A stretch of DNA of 63,766 bases, filler included, from Ministeria vibrans ATCC 50519 (GCA_943704425.1; 8 parts of 8 records of this genome joined end to end with filler, not necessarily neighbours in it); one strand, 5' to 3'. Counted from the whole stretch's first letter, positions 36,701-53,562 are shown. Made by a program: numbers and translations. The notes: generated by a model from the letters alone, not told the origin.

Positions 36701-38801
36701 TGGAACAAAAGGCACGTATGGCAACTGCCACAGCGACTGTCGTGCGCCACAGAAATCGCAAAGTGCCCAAGACCACATCGGCGATGAACCAACAAACGGC
36801 GCGGTACAGTGCGCGCGCCAGAGTGGCGAGCCCCAACGCAATTTCGCGGTGCAAGGGCACAAAGTCGTCGCCCATGAGTTTGCGACGGGTGCGGTCGCGT
36901 CGCACCAAAAGCCAAATAGTGAGCGTGATGAGTACAAAGGCGGCAAAAGCAAGGCCCACAACAACATAGAAAAAAGTGCTGGGCGGAGGACGAGGACCAC
37001 AGTTGGGCAAATCGGCGGGAAAAATGAGCATTTCGAGGGATTTCTTAAGCGGAGCGGGGCCCAGCGTGACACACTGACTCGACTGCATGTGCGGGTAGAC
37101 GAGCAAACAGTCGGAGGCGGCGCAGTTATTGTCCGAGCAGAAAAAAGTTGCGTTATAGCCGTAAAGAGACACATTTTGATAGGGAGCAACGCGAGCGTAG
37201 GTCTCCGCGGGCGCCGGGCGGTAGCAACCACCGTCCACTGCTGCAACCGTCTCTGCCGCTATAGGCATTCCTTCGGTGCCGTTGCAGCTACTCGATGCAT
37301 TGTAGGTGACCAACACAGCCATGGGAGTGACAAGATTGCTCGGAGCCCATGCGGGTCCGACACACGGCAACGAATCGTTGAGACCGAACAAGAGGGAAAC
37401 CTTGGCCGACGCACTCTGACAGGTGTAGTAGTCGACGCCGTGGGGACGACGAAAGAGACACGAGTCGCCGCATGTGTCGTTAACACAGAAGAGCTCAACG
37501 CTGGCAACGCGCGTGGCCAGGTAGGGCATGTCGAGAGAGTAGTAAGAGCCGTCGTCGGCCGATACACACGTCCCGCTCGTGTCGGTGAGTCGCGAGATGG
37601 TCAGTTGATCTCCAATCCGATGTAGATTGCACTCAAGATTCGTTAGATTTGTTTTTGGCGAGGCGGAAGCGTACGCGGAGAGAAGGAGAACGCGAGGAGC
37701 TGTTGAATTGGATGGATTTAAGGGAGCATCGGGCTGAGGCGACGGCGAAGGCTGTGCCGAGACGGAGACTGAAACGGACCTGGACAGAACATCGTCGATA
37801 TCGTCAGTATTGTCGTCGTCAAAAACTGACATGCTGTGTGTGGTGGTGTCGGCAACAGTGTCAGTGATCGAATAGGAAGTTGGCACAGACAGTGCACTGG
37901 TTGTGTTGCAGGGAAACTGACAAGGGAGAATGCCCGGTTCCGCCTGCGTGTTGCTGAGCTGCAGATCGGCGCACGAGCAAAAAGACGAGAGTTCAATGTA
38001 GCCATGAAGATGATTGCAGCAGTTGGATTGGTTGTGAAGCGACACGACGGGGTTGGGAATGTACTGAGCAATGTTGGGGGGGAGGACAAAGGCATTCTGT
38101 TGGAGCCAGAGATTGAAACCGGGAATGGACGACTGGAGGAGGTCTTCAAGGACATTGTTGAGGGTTTTTTCGGGCACAGGTAAGGGAGGGACATCAAGAT
38201 TGAGAGCGACACGACTGACATCGAACGATTCAATCTGGAGCATGAGGCTCATGTCCTGCGTGCAATTGATCCACGCAGCGCCCGTCAGATTAGCAAAGTT
38301 GAACACCAGAATGGGCTTGTTGAGGCCCGAGCCGGCGGTGGCGCACGTGCCGTTTACAAAGCCAGCGGCCACGTCGAGACGCAGCTGGTTGTCGGCGGGG
38401 ATGCCCAGAAAGGGGTTGGCCCAGTAGATGCGAAAGGCAAGTGTCGCATCGAGAATGGTCGTGTTGAACGCATTACCAAAGGTTCCCGTGGAGCCCGCGG
38501 CCCACACAAGCGCCGTAAGGAGTGTCGATGAGATGCGCAGCTGGTTCATCAAGACCAATGAGGAGCCATGTGATAGTGTGAAGTCGTTGGGGGGTGCCAT
38601 GGCGGCATCTTCGGGGTCCGGGTCATCAAAAACCACCAAGGGCTCACCCTCGACCACCGTCACCGAAACATTCCCTTTGGCCGTGAGCAATACTGCTTCG
38701 CGCGGGAGCATGACGAGCGACGTGAAGGCGTAGCCCACGAAAATGCCGTTGTACGGCTCAATGAGCGGTGGTGTCGAGAAGGCTGTAGCGTACTTGTTCA
38801 C
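33727..38801 (-). CDS. Large uncharacterised multi-pass membrane protein: possible BPI/LBP (TULIP)-like ectodomain, Cys-rich repeats, >10 TM helices; 5' truncated, 3' end uncertain
   Basis: Two long same-strand ORFs (36183-38801, 33727-35967) separated by an AT-rich intron; many N-glycosylation sequons and Cys clusters, then many hydrophobic segments. Confidence 0.7.
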
Positions 38802-38888
38802 AGACTACGAAGAAAACAAAAAGAAGGTTTATTTTTATTATTATCCTATTATGCACTTGTTACAAAGGATGACATCTGTTACGACTAC

Positions 38889-38997
<109 letters not shown>

Positions 38998-39097
38998 NNN
39001 NNNNNNNNNNNNNNNNNNNNNNNNNNNNNNNNNNNNNNNNNTTAATTAATTAANNNNNNNNNNNNNNNNNNNNNNNNNNNNNNNNNNNNNNNNNNNN

Positions 39098-39179
<82 letters not shown>

Positions 39180-39367
39180 GGAGAAAGAAACAAAGTGATA
39201 GAGAGAGAGAGAGAGAGAGAGAGGAGGGAGTAAGAACACAGTGATAGAGAGAGAGTGGAGGGAGAAAGAAACACAGTGATGGAGAGAGAGAGAATGGAGG
39301 GAGAAAAAAACAAACAAGACAATAATTTCTCAACAATTGTTAACAAAATTTTGTCTGTGTGTTGTAG

Positions 39368-40141
39368 TCACTTGTTTTATGCAAAGCACGTTGAACGTCA
39401 GCTGTGCAACACATGGATTGAGCACAAACTCGCAAAGAGTAAGTGAGAGATAGAGAAAAAAAGGAGGGAGAAAGACACAAAGTGGACTGCGGCAGTAGTT
39501 TATATGTTTTGTGTGTTTAGATTGCTTTGTTGCGTCTTCTTCTGGCTCGCGTGTTCCGTTTGCGTCTGCGTTTGCACTGCGACAACGAATGATCAGTTTT
39601 GTGCAAAACTACGAACTGTATATGATGTTTGAAGGTAGGGAGAAAGAAAGAAAGAAGAGGAGGAAGAACACGTAGAGAGAGAAGAAGAACAAAGTGAGAG
39701 AGTGTTTTGTGTCTGAATATTTGTGTACATGTTGTATCTGATTGACTGTGCGTGTGACAGTGATTGAGCGGCAATGGCACTTGTTTGACGAGCAAGTGCG
39801 GAGTGTGGGAAGTGTGGATGAGCTGTTGGCACTGCACAACGATCTGCTTGACTCATGTCTAAAGGAGTGCATGTTGTCCAATCCAGATATGCTCAAGGTA
39901 CGAAGACTGTGCGTGTCGGTTCGTGTGCACTCACCAACTTACTTACTCGCTTCTTGTTAGATTATCAGTTCACTCATGTCCGGGTGTGAGATTTTCAGCC
40001 ATTTTATGGCACGCACAAGCAAGCGCGTGTACGACGACGCAGAGTCTCTCGCGCCCAAGTCGAACGATCGCAAAGCCCGTTCAAATCGAGCAAAGGTAAT
40101 CTCACTATACGAAGATTTAATGATGATCTTTATGTTTGCTA

Positions 40142-40173
<32 letters not shown>

Positions 40174-40508
40174 TGTGTTATAGATTGCTCAGGAGAACAT
40201 TTTTGAAGTCCTGAAGAGCAGTGCCTTTGAAGAGTCTGTCAGTGAATGCGAAGCCAATTTCACCGAATCCCTTAACAAACTCGTAAAAGGAACCGCACAC
40301 AAAAAGCAAAGAACCTTATTTTGATCTTTGAATGTTTCTAGTTGCGTCTCTTGCACAAGTGTAACATGACCGATTCAGAGAGTCACACGCAGTCTCTGCT
40401 CACTCGGTACCTTGCCTTACAAACAGTTATTATAATAGTAATTTCTGATTGTGTGTGTGTAGACTCAACTTTAACGGGTTTTACTCGTACGATGACCGCA
40501 AACGCTAG
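39368..40508 (+). CDS. TUBGCP2: Gamma-tubulin complex component 2 (GCP2/Spc97), 3' exons
   Basis: HLFYAKHVERQLCNTW, RMISFVQNYELYMMFE-VIERQWH, HNDLLDSCLKECMLSNPDMLK, LLTR-LNFNGFY. Confidence 0.88.
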
Positions 40509-40839
40509 TCATTGGCGAAAATTCTTTTTTGTACCATACATATTACACAGTTGCAAATGAATGTCATTCTAATGAGAATAATTATAATAAGAGAAAATAA
40601 ATAGAGAATCGAGAGCTGTACTCAATGTAATAATAATAATAATTGAATGACACCCGTACTTACGCCCCAACCGCTGAATGGCGCTTCTCGTCTCCCAGGC
40701 AGCATAATCCATGGTGGCCGGAAGAGACTGTCGCGCAAACGCTCCCGCGCTGAAGAGATCGCATTGTTTAGTTTGAGTCATGAAAATTTAATTTGTTTAT
40801 CAATCAGTCAAATTACAAATATCGTCAAATATCATTATA

Positions 40840-41274
40840 ATGGCGCTGACCGCTGACCAAATTGATGCCGACTTATCTAGTGCCGATGACAACGATCCGT
40901 GCTTTCATGTCGCGTGGGCGGCTGCAACAGGATCGTCCGAACCGACGCGTAACGACTCCATTTCGACCTTACGTCTGTTCTCATGCTTTGCACGTCCCTA
41001 CGCGCAGAGTGGGTCAAGGAGGCGTCCGAAGGCAGACTACGTGCGCAGGCAGCACCCGCGGACTTGAACGAAACACACGTGAAGGACGCGGCTGCGGCGT
41101 TGAACGAGGTAGCGCGGCAGAGACACCCGCCGCACGCGAATGCGTCTCACCCCTCCCTCCTTGTGCGTGTAGGCAACCGCCTTTGTGCACCAGCATGCAC
41201 CCAGAATACTCGAGCAGACCATGCACAGTGCCTCGTCTATCCAGCAATACCTCCACGTCACCGCTGAGCCCTGA
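40840..41274 (+). CDS. Small hypothetical multi-exon protein
   Basis: ATG at 40840 after an AT-rich leader; GC-rich coding-like blocks bounded by GT/AG; no family recognised. Confidence 0.35.
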
Positions 41275-41488
41275 CAAGTGATCAACAAAGATGATTGTGT
41301 ACAAACTGAAACCAAACTTGTGTGTCTCCAATTCATTCATTGTTCGCTGCAATGCAACAGCCGCCACTACAGTTCAGTCATTTTAATCAAAATATTATTG
41401 CCTCCTTTTTTTCGAAAGAACGCGGTCACAAAGAGGCGTGTGCCAAAAAATAATGCAGTGTGGAAGGGACATAATAATAGTATTTTAA

Positions 41489-42546
41489 TTAATTTTGATT
41501 TAACCGTGCGGTGACGGTGGCGACGTCAAAGGAAAACATGTTCTGGAACATTCGACCAATGTCAACGGCGTCGTGTGAGCCGGCAAACTCACTGGCGCGC
41601 TTGCCATAGGTGTACACGTTGATGTCGCACGCAGAGTGGCCGTGCGTGGTAAAGCCAATTCCACAGGCACGCGCGACCGGGCGACCGAGGATGCCTGTGA
41701 CGGCGGAGGCACTGCCAGACTGCACGGCACGCACAATCTCATCCACGTCAGACTGCACGGGTGCCGCCACACCAAGGGACGTATTTACCAGGGAGCGCAC
41801 AGCAGTTTCCACACGAGCACTGTCGTTACGGTACGCGGCCGTCTCGGTCAGCAGCACGGGCGCCAGAGCCTCTGTGCTCGCCTGCTGGTGCAGCAGCGGC
41901 TCCACCAGCCACTGGTATGCGGGATACGCACTGGTGTACTGGTACCCCAGTGCCAGTCCCCCCGTCTCATGATCGCTCACCTATGTGTCACTGTGTCAGT
42001 CTCTCACTCTCTCTGCCTCTCTTTCTCGATATTAATTGCTTCTTCTTTTTTTTTTTTCCTCTCTTCTTCTCTGTGATTACTGAGATGGCGAGTGTGTCGG
42101 TGTTGGCGTCGATAAAGTCCTTCACGCTCTGCACTGTCGTCTGGTACATTTCCGTCTCGTGCGGAAGTGCACCCACATCATTATTATGCGCAGTCATATC
42201 TAAGAGAACCGCATCAGTACCAAAACAAGGGCACGCCAAAGAGGTATGTGTATGTACCAATGCGCGACCCTTCAATAAGCAGCATAAACCCCTGTGCGGA
42301 CGAGCGTGTGCGACGCTTGAGATACCGGAGTGCCTTGGTCACCATCTCGTCCAACGACGGCTGATCCGTTGTCTCTCGGTCAATCTCAAATGCCTGCAAG
42401 ACCCAAGTCCCATGTCAAGTGAATGTGTATCCTCTCTATCACTTTGTCTCCCTCTCTCTCTCTATCACTTTGTTTCTTTCTCCCTCCTCTCTCTCTCTCT
42501 CTATCACTTTGTCTTTGTTTTTCTCTCTCTCTCTATCACTTTGTCT

Positions 42547-42618
<72 letters not shown>

Positions 42619-43937
42619 CTTTCTCTCTCTCTCTCGTTCTTTCTCTCTCTCTCTCGTTCTTTCTCTCCCTCTCTCTCTGTATGTGTCTACCATGTGAGAG
42701 TCGGCAAGAAGTGCGACGACGGGTGAGCTAATGTGCACATCATAAGGGTCAAACGCATCAAATTCAGCGCGTGTGGTCATGACACGCGCTCCTTTGTTTG
42801 CCATCGCCCCCAACAAATCCTGTCCGTCACTACGTGTTGAACTGAAGAAAACAAATCAAAATGTAATGTGAGTGTGCGTAACGCATAGCGTTGACGAGTG
42901 TGCTCTTACCTTTCGAACATAGCGCGTCCTCCGCCAAACATGACGTCTGGCAGCAGTGCCACTTGATCTAGCGCAATTTCCTGCTCTGCATTGCGATCTG
43001 CGTTGTGTGCAGTAAATGCGCCAGGCGTGGCGTGCGTCACTCGGCTCGTCACGACCACTCCAATGAGTTTTCCCTATGCAAAACAGATGTCAGGAAGGAA
43101 TAGGGTGGAGGTTAGGGTTGTCGCGCTCGCTGTACTTGGTCTCGCGCTGCCTCCATGATGGTCCCGCATGGCTTCTGCTCATAGTCGACACCCACATAGC
43201 CATTGTGGGTCTTCACCCCACACGAGTACACTGTGGCGCCGTTTGCCGAGTCGGTAATGAGCTGTGAGGCACTGCGCGTCTGCGCTTGGCCCACCAGCAT
43301 TGTGTCCAGTGGGAGCTGCTCGTCCGCCTCAAACATCGGCGTGCTGTTCGTCGCCTGGTAGCCTACACTCAGATCATGAACAGTAAGAAAGCAAAGAATA
43401 GCAGGATGGCTTGCGTTATCGGGGGTGTACCGCGTTTCTTGTAGGTTGCGTAGGTGCGCGTGAGAGTGTTGTGCGCCACGCCCATCCCATCGGAGAGCAT
43501 GAAGACGAAGTTGCGCGGGGGTGCTGAGGACGCCAGGGGACGATGGCTCATGACAGAGACGATGCTGACCACGACGGCGGTCACGATGAACGCGCCAATG
43601 ACAATCTTGGCGTAGCGGTGTGTCAGCGCCCCTTTCAAATCGCGTCCACACGACTGCTTTGGAGGCCGACGCGCCGCCGCGTGCTGTCCAGCCGCCTACA
43701 ACAGAAAGGAATAACCAAGTGCGAGTCAGCACGGAACACACAGAGACTGTCAGAGAGACAGAAAGAGAGAGAGAATGGTACGAGAGAGTCGACAAAGCGA
43801 ATGTTGTCATGGTCGTTCTCGTCGTCGTCACTCGCATCGTCTGGCAGCCCCGACGTGCGCAGCAGCGCCCCCTCGTCATCATCATCGTCAACATGTCCAG
43901 CGTGTCCTAGTGACATGCCGTTGGAACGATCACTCAT
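41489..43937 (-). CDS. Alkaline phosphatase (Pho8-like type II membrane enzyme), multi-exon
   Basis: TM IVIGAFIVTAVVVSIVSV; NFVFMLSDGMG; TDSANGAT (catalytic Ser); VTHATPGAF; GFMLLIEGSRI-D; SDHETGG; HSACDINVY. Confidence 0.93.
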
Positions 43938-44072
43938 ATGAAGTCGAAAGGGTTGAAACAAAAATGAATCGCAAGATTGCGCCAACTTTACTTGGATGAT
44001 ATTGATAAGGAATTTTGAATATTTTCACATTTCTCGTAAGTAATATTCATTCAGATCGTATTTGGCCTTCCC

Positions 44073-45109
<1,037 letters not shown>

Positions 45110-45365
45110 AAAAAAGAAAGAAGAGTGGGTATTCAGGCCTGTGTACAAAAACTAAGAAACGCAATGAACCGTGAAAATTTCAATGAAATTCAATCAAGTT
45201 TCAGTTTTGAATCTTGATTGGCCCGTCTGAAGCAACACACAACACAACACCTACACATGCCATTCATGTTTTATGTGCTTAACGCCCGTGATGTGGTGAG
45301 GGCTCATTTCCGTCTCAAGCAACTTTTTCAACTTTTGGTGGGTGGAAAAATTAATAATAAATTGA

Positions 45366-47974
45366 TTATTCTTTACTGTTCTTCTTTGCAAATCTTTCAA
45401 GCTCCTCCAAAAAGGTCGAGTAGCAAAAGTTGTACTGAACCTAAAGAGATACATTGAAAATGTTATGAAACGACGAACTATTAAATAATAGATTTTGATT
45501 TTGTAACCTGAGTCTGAACCATTCCAGCGCGACAGGAGCGGAGTTGCTTGACGATTTCCTTCATATCGACAGGCTTGCCAGCCTTGACTCGCGCAAGAGC
45601 AACGTCGATGGTACACACAGTGCCAGTGCGCCCAATACCCGCACTGTTGGAATGACACGGAGATGGTGAAGAGAAAATGTGTGCAGTCAGTAGGAATGTA
45701 GTGTGTGGTGTGAGATGAATGACAAACGCTGGTGTTACCTGCAGTGGACTACCATAGGCTTGCCGTCCAGGTCTGCTCTTCGTCGCAGCTCCAGCACATA
45801 GTCAAGTGTGTGCGATGCACTCTACATAAAAGACAGTATTGTTAATTTTTGTGTGTGTTCATCACACACGCACACACACACACACACACTATACCTCAGG
45901 GACACCGTGATCGGGCCATGCAACATAATGCATTTGTGCCACATGGTGAGCGGGTGACTTGGGCTCGTCAGCACACGTGAGAAGAAACTCACGTGTGATC
46001 CACGCCTCGTGGTTGCGCTCCTCCCCTTGCAACACCACCTCAAACGGCCCGTACTTGCACTTGCCTCCCACCTTTTCTGGCCAATACTGAAAGCATTTCA
46101 TCTGTGCGTGTACACACAAACAGACGGTCAGTCTCAAGAGTAGGTGCAAGGGTCTGCCTGACAACACGTTACCTTTCCGCCCTCAATCAGATGTGTTGTC
46201 ATTGCAATAAGCGTCGTCTTCTGCTCCCACATCATCCTCCAAAAGTCCTCGCAAGTGTGACCCATGGGACCCTGCGTCGCAATGTACTTGTACACAAGCC
46301 CCTGTGCGTCGTCAATGGGAATGTCCAGGAAGTTGCCGTTGATGTAGTCGTGGTCGCGGGCAGTGCGCAGCGGCACGCGCGTCTCGTCGTACGCCAGCAC
46401 GTTGCGGTAGCGGTTCAGCTCAATGTGCTTGTCGTCCATGGCCGACCGGTAGTTCATCGACTGATTCAGGGCATTTTGAATTTTCACCAGATCCTATGAA
46501 AGAGTGGAGAAAAGTAAGAAGAAGGGACACGGCGCGAAGAACGCTGAGACGTACGCCAAACTCATCGTAAATGTCACCACTGCGCATCCGTTCCTCTGTG
46601 AGCTGCTGCATCTGTGCATAAAACTGAGCAGGCCCCGACGCAGCAGAGACAGCAGCTGCAGGACCAGAAGCAGACGCAGTAGCAGCGGCAGACGCAGTCG
46701 CAGCGGACGATGAAGTAACCGACGTGGACGACGTAGAGCGATCCGACGACGACGCAAGACCCTTACGACGCCGTCGCATCAGCAGTTGGAATCTACACAC
46801 AATGGAAAATGCGTGAGTAACAATACACGTACATACACCACACACTCCGAGTAAACAATACACGTACATATACCACACTCCGCTCACTCTCTTTCTCTCT
46901 CTGTCTATCGATTTGTTTGTTTGTCCCTCCTCCTCTCTCTCCCTCAGTATGTTTTTTTTAAGTCGCACCTGTGGCAGGTGCTCGTGAGCTCAAGAATGTA
47001 CTTGCACTTTTTGTATGAGTGCGTAAAGTACGCTAGTTTCCTATCGCCACTTTCCACAATAAACCGTTTGTCTATACGTTTGAAGAAGGAAAAGAAAGGG
47101 TGTCAGAACAAAAAGAAAAAATAGGACAAGCAAAAATATACCTGAGTAAGAAAGATTCTTAGTCTTGCGCCACTCGTACGTGTCGAGGGGATGGGCAAAA
47201 TCAACGGGATCGCTGTAGACGGCAAGGCCTTGGCCACTGAGCACCAATATGAGTTTGTCGCCGCGTTTGGTACGCACGCTAAACTGGTGTGTGCCGTAGC
47301 CCGGTTGACGCTGCAGCGTGTCGAGAAAAAGCAGCTCGGCCTTGGCGGAGCCCATCAGACGGTTCTTGGCGTGCCGCCCTTTGATCCGCGACTTTAGACT
47401 CGCTACGGCACAAATTGTCATCTCTCCATCACGTTTGTTTCATTCTCCCTCCTCTCAATTATCATTGTCTTGTTGTGTACCGGCCGATGATTTGTCAATG
47501 TGTTTAGGAGGGAGCACTTCGGCAAGCTCAAAGGTATAGTCGCAGGCGGGATCGTTAGGATCGTAGTCGCCACGCGTCGCCTGCAGAGCAAGGCCTGCGA
47601 GTTCAAGAGCGGTGTCTTCGTCGCACGCTGTGAACAGTCCCTCTTTGAACTGTGTCAATAAATGGATAAAATACATTCTAAAAGAAAACACAACGGAGTC
47701 GGAGATGGAGTCAGGACAAAGTCACGACGAAGAAACAAAGAAGTAGGTTATTACTTTCGTGTGGATGGATCGCTGAGGATGGCAACGTCGTCGACAAAGT
47801 GCTTCACCCGAAAACTCGTGATGAACACGCCTTTTTCGGGAGCGTACTTCCACAGCTACAGAAATCATCAATGTTATTATTATCATGATCAAAACGCGAG
47901 GGCACGCGCAAGAGCAGCGGATCGTCGCTGGACATGGGTCATGCGAACATGCGAGATAGGGGGAGGGGGGGATG

Positions 47975-48025
<51 letters not shown>

Positions 48026-48838
48026 TGGGACGCACTAAGTTCACCTTTTTCTCCGTGTTCATAAAGTACTCTTCGCCCACTGAGTCTAAAACGGCCAGTC
48101 CGAAATACTGTTCTTCGGCGAGCTCGTAGAGCTGCGACAGAAAGTCGATCACATTGCGCACAAGGGTTTTCGCCTAGGGAGACGGAGGAGCGGAGGCAGA
48201 AGAGAGAGAGAGAGAGAGGAAGAGAGAGTGAGCGTTTCAAAAGTGATGGCAAAAAAAAAAAAAAAAAGAAAGAAAAAAAAAAAAAAACAAAAAGAGAAAA
48301 AGAGAAAAACCACAAAGAGCACAAGATGATTCAGAATAGGTGGAGGGAGGGAGGAAGGCAGAAAGAGAGGGTACCTCGGTGACGACGCTGACGCGGCGGC
48401 CGTCCATGAACTCCACAACGCATTCGCGCTGCTGCTTGGCCAGACGCGCCCGGTCGTCTGCCGCCATCTACACCGTAGCCCACGTTAGTCTCCCTTGATG
48501 TGCTTCCCCCCCGCGCGCTGAGCCTCCTCTGCTCTGATGTGCCGTTTATTGTTTCTTTTTGGTCAATCCTTTTTTTTTTTTCTTCTTTTTTTTTCTCTTC
48601 TCTCTTTTGTCTCTGTTGACTGTCAAAGTTGCCTTGATGCAGGCAAGCACGAGACAAGGGAGGGGTTGGAAAGGAGGAGTGGACGACAGAGAGCGGGCGT
48701 GGGGGTCGGGGAGGCGCAGGGCAGAGCGACGACAGAGGAAGAGAGAGGTGCGCTTGTCGTTGGCCTCACCTGCTGCAAGTGGCGCAGCTGCGTCTTGCCC
48801 GGCGAGTCCTCCGACCCAATGGAGTACCGCTTCGCCAT
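45366..48838 (-). CDS. FERM-domain protein tyrosine phosphatase (PTPN3/4/14/21-like), catalytically intact
   Basis: FERM (EEQYFGL, FRVKHFV, LAGLALQATRGDY, GYGTHQF, YEWRKTKNLSY). PTP motifs NRYRNVLAYDETRV, YIATQGP, WPDHGVP, HCS-AGIGRTG, MVQT-QYNF. Probable first exon 48838-48770. Confidence 0.92.
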
Positions 48839-49125
48839 CGAACGATTGAGAGACTGGGAGAATAGTTTATAGTGAGTTAGTGACTAACTCCAAATTCAGA
48901 CTAAGTAACTGAGTTGAGGAGTCGATAAGAGCAATGTTATCAGTTGGATAAGCTGCTTATTACGAGACATTGGCACTAGCATAAGTCTTTAAAGTTTAGC
49001 GAGATGGCAGATGAGAGGGTCAGTGGGTCAGAGTTCGGCCATGGGGGTTCTAATAAGTTATATATGCTCCCACAGTTGTGAGTAAGTTGGTTTTCAGTTT
49101 ATAATCAGTTTCACACTATTTTGCT

Positions 49126-50726
49126 ATGCTTCGCTGTTCAACTACAACCGCCACATTGCTGCGTCGCTCCCTGCTCTCGTCGAGTCTGATTGCTCGACCA
49201 GGCCACGTTCGTGCCATGTCCATGGCGTGTCTGAGCCCTGAAACGGGACTCGACGAGGATCAGCGAGAGTACGTGCGCGTTGCGACCGACTTTGCCGAAC
49301 GCGAAATGCGGCCATCCATGGCCAAATGGGACCAAGCGGAGGAGCTTCCCGTCGAGGTATTGCGCAGCGCAGCCGCCTTGGGCTTTGGCGCGATCTACAC
49401 AAGCGCGGAACATGGCGGAAGCGGACTGACGCGTTTGGATGCGTCGGTCATCTTTGAGTCGCTCTCGCGTGGCTGTGTGTCCACGACGGCCTACCTCACG
49501 ATCCACAACATGGTCGCCTGGATGATTGACTGCTATGGGTAAGTCGCCCTGGTGCGACCTGCTCCGCTCTGAACCCTGTCCATTCCTTCTCAGCAACGAC
49601 CAACTCAAGAGTCGACTTGTGCCAAAGCTCGCTAGCATGGAGGCGATGGGCAGCTACTGTTTGACCGAGCCGGGGAGCGGCAGTGATGCTGCGTCGCTCA
49701 GTACAACCGCGCGACTCGATGGCGACGAATGGGTCCTCAACGGTTCCAAAGGTCGCTCACTCCATAAGGAGACTCCCCCTCAAGATCGTTTTAGTAACTT
49801 GACTGTCATCTTTATTGTAGCGTTTATTAGCGGGGGAGGCAGCAGCGATGTGTATCTGATTATGTGTCGGACGGGTGGTAAAGGACCCAAGGGCATCAGC
49901 TGTATTGCGGTGGAGAAGGGAGCGCCAGGACTGTCGTTTGGCGGAAAGGAGAAGAAGATGGGATGGAACTCACAGCCGACGCGTGCAGTGATTCTGGAGG
50001 AGTGCCGCGTGCCGCGGGGCAATCTGGTGGGGAGCGAAGGGGAAGGGTTTCGCATTGCCATGGCCGGCCTCAACGGCGGGCGCGTCAACATCTCGTCATG
50101 CTCGCTGGGCGGTGCCGGTGCCGCACTCGCCACGGCCCGCGACTATTTGCTGGTGCGCCGCCAGTTTGGAAAGCCCATTGCCCAGAACCAAGTAAGATGC
50201 AATGCAAGAGAGATAGATAGATAGAGAGGAGGGAGGAGGGAGAAAGAAACAAAGCGATAGAGAGAAGGGAGAAAGAATCAGTAATGGAGGTGTTTCTCAT
50301 TCGTCTGCCTATCTGTGTGTGTGTGTGTGTGTCTTTGTATATGCCTGTGTAGCATTTGCAGTTTCGATTGGCTGATCTGGGAACAGCCCTGCATGCTTCA
50401 CGCCTGATGGTCCGCAATGCGGCCCGAGCACTCGACGCAAAGGCGTAAGAACCCAACAAACGCACCTAGAACGCGTATTCACTTGACTTAATGTTCCACT
50501 CCCTTGAAGTGCGGATGCGCCAGTGCAGTGCGCTATGGCCAAGATGTTTGCAACAGAGCAGTGCAGTCTGGTGGCAGACGGAGCTCTGCAGATGCACGGT
50601 GGCTATGGCTACCTCAAGGATTTTCCGCTGGAGCAGTATGTGCGCGATTTGCGCGTCCATCAGATTCTCGAAGGTTCCAATGAAGTCATGCGCCTCATGG
50701 TCTCGCGCGAACTCCTCGCCGAGTAG
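49126..50726 (+). CDS. ACAD8: Mitochondrial isobutyryl-CoA dehydrogenase
   Basis: Presequence; [65 protein letters not shown]. Confidence 0.93.
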
Positions 50727-50833
50727 CCCCCCCCCCCCCCCCCCCGATCCCCTCTCTGTCACTCTCCTCTTGTATCACCCGTGAACAGTCATCTTCTCTG
50801 CAATACACATTACTTCAAACTTTTGCTACAATT

Positions 50834-51226
50834 TCAACTTCTCTTCGCGCGCTCCTCCCGCTCCCGATCGTGCTCCTTTCTCTGCTCGGCCTGACGCTGA
50901 CTCTGCCGCACATCGTCCCACTCGCGTCGCTGGTGCGAGATGGACTCGTCCACGCCCTCTTCCTGCAAGGCAACCTGACCAGCGGGTGTGAGATGACAAG
51001 CGACGACAAACGCGACGCCACTGCACCCCGCACCGCGCCACGACCCGCTTTTTCACGCTCAACACAAACTCACCTTGAGGCACTCTTGGTACGTGGCCAT
51101 GAGGTCGCGACAGGGAACGCCGTCGTTTCTCCCTTCGCCCTTCAGAAATCGACCCGAATACCACTCGTTGAAGCACTTGTCATATTCATGTTTCAGTGGC
51201 GAACACTTGTTCCCCAGCGAGTTCAT
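50834..51226 (-). CDS. TRIAP1: Mdm35/TRIAP1 twin-CX9C mitochondrial intermembrane-space protein (2 exons: 51226-~51074, 50974-50834)
   Basis: MNSLGNKCSPLKHEYDKCFNEWYSGRFLKG...CRDLMATYQECLK-VAL. Confidence 0.92.
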
Positions 51227-51361
51227 CCAATCGGATGGACAAAAACAGGACAGGAAGAAGAAATTGTATTTGAATTTTGAAATGTTGAATTTTGAGTACT
51301 GGTCAAATTTAAAATTATCATTATTAAATTTTATTGTTTGCTTCTCCGACGACGGAGTAGC

Positions 51362-51433
51362 CACTTCTGTGTTTGGAAAGAGCATTGGTCTGGTGCACAC
51401 TTCTGTGTTTGGAAAGAGCATTGGTCTGGTGCA
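51362..51433. repeat. Perfect 36-nt tandem duplication upstream of TRIAP1
   Basis: CACTTCTGTGTTTGGAAAGAGCATTGGTCTGGTGCA x2 with no spacer. Confidence 0.9.
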
Positions 51434-51749
51434 GCTCCTTTGCACTGGCCGTCGATGAATGTTGTGCAACAGCCCAAGTATCAAAAACAGGCGTCATTCT
51501 CGTCGTGTTCGCGCACCCCTTCTACGCCAGCTTCTTAGGAGCCGCCACGAGCATCTCCATGGACTTCCTGTATCCCACTTCGCTTTTTCTTTCTTTCTTC
51601 TCTTTCTTTCTTCTTTTTTTTTTTTNNNNNNNNNNNNNNNNNNNNNNNNNNNNNNNNNNNNNNNNNNNNTTAATTAATTAANNNNNNNNNNNNNNNNNNN
51701 NNNNNNNNNNNNNNNNNNNNNNNNNGCTCACGTTACTCTTTTCTTGCAG

Positions 51750-53562
<1,813 letters not shown>

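Noticed and set aside
40569-40781. 70-aa minus-strand ORF as a gene
   Set aside because: No recognisable domain, and it runs into the AT-rich dispersed repeat; unsupported.
51362-51433. 36-nt direct repeat as a CRISPR array
   Set aside because: Only two adjacent copies, no spacer, no cas genes, eukaryotic context; a simple tandem duplication or assembly artefact.
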